A stretch of DNA of 64,000 nucleotides from Lama glama (Eukaryota). This document shows, in pieces, positions 54,990-64,000 of the stretch (the stretch's first letter is position 1; every line of letters begins with the position of its first letter). The stretch is taken from contig CM052832.1 of assembly GCA_028534125.1 (NCBI GenBank), positions 22,942,001-23,006,000 on the forward strand. The letters run 5' to 3'. The translations under genes and the position numbers were made by a program. Under the pieces are notes generated by a model. It was given only the letters and a program-made list of their open reading frames with translations, searched no databases and was not told the origin of the DNA.

Positions 54990-56517
54990 ACTAAGGCAAA
55001 GATACTGCACACAACCACTGTACTTTGAGTCATGAGGCTTTTCTAACTGGAGTATAGGTTAACAATTCTGGTACTTTAATACATAAAGACTGAAATTGAA
55101 CAACCAAGTAACTAAGCGGTGGACAGTGGGAGTCAGGTTTCTCTGTTGGAATGGGAGGCTACAAATAAGAAAGAGGAGGATGCTAAAGAGACCTATGTGG
55201 TGTAGTAGACTAGAGTTGAAGACACTAGTATGATCTCAGATACAGGTGGTTATGTACAGAAATATTTATAGAAATGTGTACCTATAGACACAGGTGCACG
55301 TATGCATATATTATATACACCTACTATATGTGTGCACAGATATATACACACATGTATGTAAACTATACCAATACATACTTCCTGCTTTGACAGCTGAAAA
55401 AGCCTAGAAGCAATGACATCCCAGTAGCAACAAGCACACCTAGTGCGTAAATCTGTGTTTCCAGTACGATTCTCCACTAAACGGCTTCTTGAAAAAATGG
55501 CTTTCTAAGACTGGGGAAGGAAAGACACATGATAGTGTCAAAATGTTAGAAAGCACTGAAAACAAACTAACAAATATAAAAGCCTCCACAATAATGGGAG
55601 TGTATCAAAGGAACACAGGAATCAACTGAAAGAACGCCCAATCGCCAAAGATGGAACAATTTGAGCAAGAAAATAAAGTAGTATTGGACCATAATCCAAA
55701 GTATAAAATAAATATCCAAGAGTTTCGATGGATATAAATGATTGAATAAATAAGTGGGGGAGGATTGACAAGTATTCCCATGCAGAATTCCAAATAATTT
55801 ATGTAGCTCTTCTGTACTTCAGGATATAGAGCATAAACCCCCACTCTTTAAGTGTAAACTGTGCACAGTGACTTTATTCCAAAGAATATAGTGAGAAGGG
55901 GGTGGGAGAGAATAACTTTGTAGTGGAGAATTTGAAAAACACTACTTCCAGCCAGGTGATCAAGGTCAATATCAATGGTGGCAAGTTATATTGATAATGT
56001 GCACCCTTGGCATAATGTGCGAAGAATGACACTTCTTCATCTCTGTGGATTTCTTCCCCCAAATCTATAACCCCAGTTTAATCATGAGAAAAGTATCAGA
56101 CAACTCCCAATTGAGAGACATCCTACAAAGTCCTTGACCATTTCTCTGAAAAACTGTCAAGATCAATTAAAAACAAGAAAAGTCTGATAAGCTGTCATAA
56201 CCAAGAGAAGCCAAAGGAGACATGACAACTAAGTGCAATGTGGTACCCTCGATGGGATCCTGGAACAGGGAAAAAGAAAAAAAAAACAGGAAAAAGCTGA
56301 AGAAATCTGAATAAATTACATACTTTAGTTAATATTAATGTATCATTATTGTTTCATCAATTGTAACAGTTATACAGTTACGTATATAATACACTTATGT
56401 AAGATGTTACTAGAGGAAACGGAGTATAGGTGTAAGAGAACTCACTGTACTAGCTTCACAGTAACCCTATAAATTTAAAACTGTTCTAAAATAAAAAGAT
56501 GACTTCAAAAAATAATA
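54990..56517 (+). mobile_element. L1MC/MD-type long 3'UTR
   Basis: AAGCAATGACATCCCAGTAGCAACAAGCACACCTAG, CCAGGTGATCAAGGTCAATATCA, GGAGACATGACAACTAAGTGCAATGTGGTACCCTCGATGGGATCCTGGAACAG, CTGTTCTAAAATAAAA. Confidence 0.85.
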
Positions 56518-58581
56518 AACTGTTCTCATTTGAATTGACTGTATGCTTCCAAAAGTGAAACGGATCCTAGGCAGAGCCAAATATATGAAAGTTGCATACA
56601 GTGCCAAACTGGTCACCCAAATGCTTGTTCCAGAACATAATTAGCTTGATATCATATCTCAACACTCTTCCTTAACAGAACTTGTTATCAATTATCAGAC
56701 TCCCCTCTCCGTTCCATACTAAAGTCCCATACACGGGCACTCAACAGGTTCATCTGATAAGCAGATCTATGGTAACAGAACAAGGTAAACAAGCAACAGC
56801 CTTTAACATAGCAGTAAAATCAGCTGTGGTCACTTAGAGGCAAGACACCTTTATGATCCTCATAGCGGGATCGTGAAACAGGGAAGGAGAGGGCGGGGTT
56901 CAGTAGAAAAGGCATATTAAGGTAAGTCATGCCAGGTCTCTGTTCCCTTATGTATATTTGTGCACCTCAAGTAGGTCTCTTTCTGGAAGTCAGTCACCAG
57001 ATTTCCCAAGATACCCCATAACACAGAGAACTAGCCAGTGAGAATGTGTAGAAATAACCATGAAAAAAAAAAATCAAGGTACATTAGTTTTCAGAAGACA
57101 GCGTTGTAGACCTTTCCTACTTCATGAGCTTTACTTTATTTGGGACATCACTGCTGCATATATGCTTCCTATTACGTTCCTCCATGACATCATACCATCA
57201 TATATTTTCTCTGTAAGGCCTACGACAAAAACATTTCATGGATGAGCACTGTATTAATAAACTAGGAAGAAAATGGCATTCAAAGGACTCTATGAAGTAC
57301 TAGGGCCAAATTACACTGGCTTGTGAAGCAGGCATCCTCACCCATTTCAAATCTAGCTAGTTATTCCAGTAGCTGCCTCTTAAAAAAATCACTTAAATCA
57401 AACCACACTTTCCCTTACAGACAGACGAAATCACTTGCAGCTAATCCATCTCCTACTTTATTGCCCATAGAAATGAAGAACAGGTTGCACCAGCACAGTG
57501 TACAACAGGAGGCTGGGAGACAGCAGTCATCCATTTCCTCATAGTATACACGTTTGAGCGTGTTTGCCTAATTATCCCATTAACTTGTACCTAAAGATAC
57601 AATTACTCCAGCTGTGGGTGATTGAATAAAGGGCAATTGCAACAAATACCAGGCAGGGGACACGTGCATTCCTCATCTGTAAAGTTTGTAATTGCCGGTT
57701 CAGTCTTTTCACCGAGAAATTCCCATGGCAGCAACGATAACTAAAGTATTTCCAAAGTACAATTTCTAAACCGGTGAACACTCATTTAAATTTTAAATGT
57801 TTATTATGAAACTAAGTACTCCACCTCTTAAGTTCACATTTGTGCTATTCCCACACTTTTCCTGTTAGGGTTTAAATGAGCAAGCCTTACTGATTCAGAT
57901 TCTTTCTTTCCAGGCGTTTTCTCTTCAATTCAGGTAGCTGTCATTAGATAAACCGAGACCCCTAACACAAGTTAGGGATACACAAGCCAACACTTTCTTT
58001 GGATGTGACTAAGTGTGTATAAATTACTCATGAAAGTATATTTTCCCGTAAAATAATTCTGTATTAAACAGCCAGCATAAACATTTAGTTATTTTTTCTC
58101 ATCTCAAATGTACTCTCCATGTCGCACATAAATCCATTTTTTTCTAGTCAGGGCCCCCACAGACGCTCACAAGCTTTTTGTCTCCACATCTTAAATCTCC
58201 AATCCCACCATCTCCAGTCTCAGTCTGAGCAGACGAGCTCACTCCACCTCACAGTGAAATAGGCCTCATCATCAAAAGCCATTAAACGCCGGCTACACAG
58301 ATGTCCCTTCAACCACACGCAACTTCTCCCCCTATTTCCCATCGAAGGCTTACCTGGCTCGCAGTCTCTCCCATCTTCGCAGAGGCCTGTTTACTCTATT
58401 ATCTTCTCATTTTTGTATCTTTAGCCACTGCCTCTTCCTCTCTATTGGCTTCTCATCAACATTTAACATGCTCAGGACATGGCTGTCTCAGAAAATTTTT
58501 TCCTTCTGCTGGCACTCCTCCCCAGCAACCTCACTATCACTCTCTTCCTTTTTACAACCAAACTTCTTAAAAATATACTAC

Positions 58582-58792
58582 CAGGCAGGAAAAGCGGCGG
58601 GCAGCGCCGTGGCTCAGCGTCCGGGCTGTGGCTCGGCGTCCCGCTGCGCGCGGAGCCGGAGGGCGGGGCTCGCACCAGCTCTTCCTCGCGAGAAGTGGGA
58701 GCTGCCGCACGCGCATGCCTGGACCGCCCCGCCTCTTCCGCCCGCTTCCCTTCTCAGGACTCCCCCTTCTATGCGGCTGCCCTGTAGCCCTG
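58582..58792. promoter_or_regulatory. Small CpG islet with housekeeping-promoter motifs
   Basis: About 25 CpGs in ~185 bp by manual count. GC boxes at 58661-58668 and 58724-58733; CCTCGCGAGA (9/10 to the TCTCGCGAGA BANP motif) at 58684-58693; NRF1-like GCACGCGCATGC at 58707-58718; ETS CTTCCG at 58735-58740. Confidence 0.75.
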
Positions 58793-59209
58793 GGATTTCT
58801 GACCAAGATGGCAGAGTGGTAGGACCTCGCTTCTTCTCACGACTACAACCAAACCACAACTGCTGAAAAACCATCGGAAAAAACACTGGAACCTGCCAAA
58901 AAAGATCTTCCTCAACTAGAAACAAAAAGAGAACCACAGCGGGAAGGAGGTGGGCTCATGATGTAATTGGGCCCCATACCCATCAGATGGATGACCCACC
59001 TGCTGAAGAATAATTAAGTCAGGGAGGCTCTCCCACAGGAGTGAGAGTTCTGAGCCCTACGTCAGGTCCCCAGCCCGGAATTCCAGCATTGGGAGGAGAC
59101 CCTGGTGTATCTGGCTTTGAAGGCCAGTGGGGCTTAACTCCCGGAGCCCTGGGGGGCTGGGAGAAGCAGAGACTTAATTATCTTGGGAAGCGTACACAGA
59201 ATCTCACGT

Positions 59210-59787
59210 TGTTAGGCAGTTTAGATAGAAATGAGCACTGGGCAGGGGGAGAGGAAGGGGAAAGGAACAATCCAGAACACAAGGACCTGAGCTGTCAATT
59301 AACCAGAACACAAGGAACCTGAGCTGTCAATTAACCAGAGTGCAGGGAACCTGAGTTGTATCAATCAGTCAATCAATCAATTAACCAATCAATCACGAAA
59401 CTCGGATACAAAAACAAGAAAAACGAGGGAATGGTGTCATTTCTCCTCTCTTGGATTGGCCCGCTACCAATTCTCAGGTGTACTATCTTTCACTATTTTT
59501 CTTTTACTTCACTAATAAAAATCTGAGGGGAGGGTACAGCTCAGTGGTAGAGTGTGTGCTTAGCAATGAGGTCCTGGGTTCAATCCCTAGTACCTCCATT
59601 AAAAAATAAGTACCTTCCCCTGAAAACAAAACAAAAAGCAAAAAATAAATAAATAAAATATTAAAATAAAACTAAAACAAAAAACTTTAAAAATCTTACT
59701 TATATCACGCTTTCTGTCTCTCCTCAAAAATCTTTTTTCGGGTGACTAAGAACCGAGGTAATTCTTATTTTCCTTTTCCTGGTAACA
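59210..59787 (+). mobile_element. ERV1-class solo LTR
   Basis: TGTTA...TAACA inverted termini, near-TSD ACGT/GCGT (4 bp), U3 tandem repeats, and AATAAA at 59514-59519. Confidence 0.8.
59525..59687 (+). mobile_element. tRNA-Ala-derived camelid SINE (Vic-1-like) nested in the LTR
   Basis: GGGGAGGGTACAGCTCAGTGGTAGAG...GGTCCTGGGTTCAATCCCTAGTACCTCCA plus an A-rich tail. TSD TAAAAATCT at 59516-59524 and 59688-59696. Confidence 0.9.
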
Positions 59788-60439
59788 GCGTGAAGGGCAG
59801 AGGCAGTGATTTCATAGGAACCTGGGCCAGACCTGCCTGCTGGTTTTGAAGTTTTCCTAGGGAGGTAGGGGACAGCTATGGCTCACCTTGGGGATATAAA
59901 AGCTGGTGGCAGACATTCTGGGAGTGTTTATTTTCATGAGCTTTCCTGCAGGCTATCATCTTGATGGATCATTAGCACCAAGACCTAGCTCCACCCAACA
60001 GCCTGGAGGCTTAAGGGCTGGGAAGCCTCCAGCCAAATAACAAACTGAGTGGAAACACAGCCCCACCCATCAGCCGACTTCCTGAGCCACAGAGGCCTCT
60101 AGACACGGCCCTACCTACCAGAGGTCCAGGACCAAGCTTCACCCAGCAGTGGGTAGGCACTGATTCCTCCTGCCCGGAAACCTGCTAAAGCCCTAGTCCA
60201 GCTTCATCCACCAGGGGGCAGATCCCAGAAATAAGAAAACAACAATCCCAAAGCCTGTGGAAGGAATCCACAAACACAGGCCAGACTCTACCCTGGGACC
60301 TGCTGGCTCCTGGCCCCTGGCCCTCAGGCAACAAGAGAAGAGTGTACCGACCTCACCCACACCTCTTCCAAGCAGTTCCTCAGAGCTCAGAGGCTGTCTC
60401 CCAGGCTATCAACTTCATTTTGCCCCAAAAGTATCAATG

Positions 60440-60945
60440 TATGCCTTTAGAGGTGATCATCAAAGAAGGTCAGAGTCAATGCATAAATTCCCCCAGCTTC
60501 CCCATCTCACTGTGCAACAATTCTTGGGTGTGGACCAGACTAATGAAGGGCACTAATGAAAATGCATTCAGGTTAATCAGCTATCATTAGAAAGGAGAAA
60601 TTATTTCCGAAATGCTTCAGAGGAAAATAAACTAATCAACCTGCAAACATGCTTTCAGCATAGGAAATTAATTTCCTGTAATTGAACTACATATTAAAGA
60701 GAAATAACTTCATCATGGCCGTGTCCTAAGGCAAAGTTGGTTTTTAAAAGATACTCCTCCAAGGAGGACTGAGGCCCAGTTCTCACAGTGGTAAGTTGTT
60801 CACTAACACACACTTGTCGGCTTTCCTCCTTTTCCTACCTCAATTTCCCTACTCTCTCCCTTGTGCTTTTTAGGGTAACTTCTTAAATAAGCTACCTGCA
60901 CCGAACTTCTTTCCTCGAGGCCTGTTTTCTTGGGGAAACACCACT
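60440..60945 (+). mobile_element. LTR16-like ERVL LTR, split by a non-LTR insert
   Basis: ATAAATTCCCCCAGCTTCC...CAATTCTTGGGTGTG, then resumes at GACTGAGGCCCAGTTCTCACAGTGGTAA...AAATAAGCTACCTGCACCGAA...TTGGGGAAAC. Confidence 0.7.
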
Positions 60946-61599
60946 GTACAATAAGAGAACACTCAGATATGTGCATTAATAATAAAATTCAGCCAGCTTT
61001 GCTTTTTAGCTAATTTTTAGTCATATGAAAGCCATACATTGATACTTTTATTTGTAATTCTGATGGTGCATTTTTCAGGGTAGGGTGACAGAATATATTT
61101 TACTTAGCAAATCTTATATGTAAATAAAAGTAGATACTCAACTTTTAAAATATTTAGACATATAATAGGTGGGCCTCCTACCCCAAGCTCCAAAATATGC
61201 AAGACAGATCTGTCAACAGCAAACACTAAGTCACAGCTAGGGTTCTGACTAGTGGGAAGACAGGCATTTTACCTGTCCACAGGTGAGGAGGAATCCATAG
61301 TGATCTTTTAAAATGACCTCTTGGTAGTTTTATCAAACACACTCATCAGCAGCTCTCATTGGAGGAATAAAACTAGGAGTCTTAGTCTGGTCATCAAAAA
61401 AACGCTGAAGTATTTTGCTGTGCCATGCTCCCAGGGACCGACAACAGATGGCTCACTGTTCTTCCCAAAGCAAAGACACCTCTGGAGAACCCCATGTTCC
61501 CATGTCTCTCAGGAAGAGTATGTTGGAATAAAGTTCCGGCTTATGGAGTAGAGTTTTAATGATAACACACTCCCTTCAAAGAATGATTCCCTAGAAGGA

Positions 61600-62852
61600 A
61601 AACTGGCATTCTACTCAAGAAAGAGCTTTCTATTTACAAACGTTTCATTCATTCATTCATCCAGTACCGACCCATGAATTCTTACATTACTAGTCCTGCT
61701 TTGTTCAGTGGGTTATGACACATTATATCACTTCTTCTGGTGCTCTAATTTTCCAAGATTTAGCCACTGGAGCCCCTTCAGGCCAGCTCTGATGTCATTT
61801 TGACATGTTCTCATAGTTTTTAGAGAACCTCCATGCTTGTTCCACAGGATACTCCAAGCTTATCTTGCATTTTCTCATCACTATCCCCGAGATCAGCCTT
61901 TCTTCAAGGATCCAAGCTCCTTTTGATGGAAAATAGTATTCAGAACTAGTATGTGGAGACTTATTAGAAAAGCATGATTTGGCAACCACTGTGTTAATAA
62001 CTGCTTCAGACAAGAATCATCAATGGATGTTCAAACCAGTGGGTGAAAATTTAATGAGGAACAGAATATTTACACAGGTTCAAAGTATCTCCCCACAAAA
62101 TACTTTTAATTATAAAGAAAAATAGTAACTTTACAGTGGGTAAATGTGTTAGACATTATTTTAACCAAGTGATCAAAATTACCATCACCGGTAACAGTTC
62201 AAACTGGTATCATGTGCATCCTGATACAGTGTGCTGAAAATATAGTGTCACTTACATGAGAATCTTGCCAAAAAAAATCTAACTAGAATAATGAGGAAAC
62301 ATTAGACAAACACAAGTCGAGAGATGCTGTACAAAATTATGTCAAGCTTATGCAAGGCAAAGAAAACCCAAGGAACTGTTCCAGAGTACAGTGGACAAGA
62401 GTAAACACAACTCACGATTGAATCCTGGCGACAATTTTATTTTCTATGAAAGTCTTAAATTAGACAATAGCTTAAATTTGAATAATCCATGAATTAGAGA
62501 CTAGTATTTTATAAATGTTAATTAACGTTACAATTTTCAGGATTGTACCATAGCTATATAAGAACTGTTTCTTTCTTAGCTAATACACACCAAGATATTT
62601 GGTGGTAAATCATCATGTTTCAACTTACTCTCATATGGTTCAGAAAAATAGTATACATATTTGTTTTTATGTACGTCTATGCACACATAAGAATGGAGGA
62701 GAAAGGAAGAGAGAAGATGACAAAGCAAATGTGATAAAATGTCAGTAACTGGGACGTCTGAGTGAGGGGTATAAGGGCGTGTTTCGCGCTATATCTGCAA
62801 TTTTTCTGTAGGTTTGAAATTATATTAAAATTAAAAGTCACAAAAATAAAAT
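61600..62852 (+). mobile_element. L1MC/ME-type 3' end with an inverted 5' segment
   Basis: About 61600-61950 matches the L1 3'UTR on minus. About 61950-62852 matches on plus (AAAGTATCTCCCCACAAAATACT, TTAACCAAGTGATCAAA, TGCAATTTTTCTGTAGGTTTGAAATT). Confidence 0.75.
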
Positions 62853-64000
62853 TACACAGTTGGGGTGGAGAGTATATTCTGTGTCAAGAATTCCCAAGGA
62901 GGCCTGGAAAAACTAGCCTGATAAAGAGTCTCAGAGAAAAGACCCACTGCTAACTCAGCTACCTCGTGGGGCAGGTTTTTTATAAAGACCAAAACGGGGA
63001 AAATACTCCTTGAGTTGTACAGCGTGGCAGTGCCCTCTCCACCATACTCAGCAAATGCCTGGGGGAGGTGGCGCTTGGATTCATGTCCCTTTACCCATAA
63101 TAAATTTCATGTCTTTTCCCATTAAACCACACTCCTTGCTTGAAAGTGAGTTTCAAGTCCCTAGTCCTGTAGCATTAGAATGCATCTGAATGAAATGTTC
63201 GTGTATGAAATATTCAGATAAAATAGCAGCTTCTTGAATACCTCTTAAAGGGTGATTTGGGGACCAATAATTTATAACATCAGCCCATAAAGTAATTTTA
63301 TTCACATTATGTAAGCAATTCTCTCAGCCCTAATAACTCTGTGGGTATCTGATAAGTTGTGGGGTTACTTAGCAGATAGCCCTCAAAGAATTTATGCAGG
63401 AACTAAGACAGAGCCCTACTAAGACTGCATTCGAGTTAATTAGCAATTAGTAAAAAGGAAAGTATTTTCAGAAATGCTTCAGAGGAAAACAAATGAATCA
63501 GCCTGCAAACATGCTTTTGGCATAGAAACTTAATTTCTTATATTAAAGAGAAGCTGCTGCTTTTGAAAAGAAGGCAAAATTGGGCTTTTTTGAGTTAAAC
63601 ATATTCCTTGTTTCTAAAAATATTAATGGTATTTCCTACAAACCATCATGATTAAAAATTTCATAGTGCTTAGATGATAACTATTAAGGCTGAGTAGATT
63701 CCTGCTGCTTCTGAGGGTGGGATAGGAAAGCGATCAGAACACTTTCATCATTTTGAAATATTTTCTGTTTTATTAATTTTGGTGTTTGCCATAGAATTTC
63801 TCAAACTAAGCACACACCCACAATTATTTTCAGAAAAGGAAGCAGCTCTGAATGTTCCGGGCTTTGGGGAACGATTAGTAAGTTAGACAGCATGGGCAAC
63901 GCACTTACAGACACTCATTAAATGCTCTTTTCTCAAAGAGAAGGAGGTTTGAAACCTCATTCTCAACTGTGTGCAATGGTTCTTACTTGGAGCTCTGAGA

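Larger units (their letters stand above)
58793..60325 (+). mobile_element. L1 5'UTR only (artiodactyl type), interrupted by an LTR and lacking ORF1/ORF2
   Basis: Starts with the YY1-type CAAGATGGC at 58804-58812. Contains GAGTGAGAGTTCTGAGCCC, TGGCTTTGAAGGCCAGTGGGGCTT and CCACCAGGGGGCAGA, which I recall from L1 5' regions. Confidence 0.75.

Noticed and set aside
58468..58937. Multiple overlapping ORFs over the CpG islet
   Set aside because: Expected in stop-poor GC-rich DNA. They extend into L2 and L1 sequence and match nothing I recognise.
59272..59366. Short direct-repeat array that might suggest CRISPR
   Set aside because: The units are head-to-tail with no unique spacers and lie within a mammalian LTR.

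Overview
Mammalian genomic DNA, most likely a camelid. The evidence is two tRNA-Ala-derived Vic-1-type SINEs and a young camelid-type L1 3' end, and I saw no CHR, Bov or PRE SINEs. The window is AT-rich, repeat-dense and looks intronic or intergenic: L1, L2, MIR, MaLR/ERVL/ERV1 LTRs, hAT and Tigger DNA transposons, microsatellites, and a 500-N scaffold gap at 53756-54255. I cannot support any protein-coding gene, tRNA, rRNA or CRISPR array; the listed ORFs are short, repeat-derived or unrecognisable. The most notable area is 58.6-63.6 kb. It holds a ~200-bp CpG islet with housekeeping-promoter motifs abutting an orphan L1 5' UTR, which carries a nested ERV1 solo LTR with a SINE inside it. It also holds a ~210-bp segment apparently copied from 2.86 kb away into an LTR16, and an L1 with a twin-priming-type inversion. 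A minus-strand spliced non-coding transcript from the islet is possible but unproven. I found no convincing novel biological system. Repeat family names come from recalled consensus sequences, and boundaries without target-site duplications (TSDs) are approximate.
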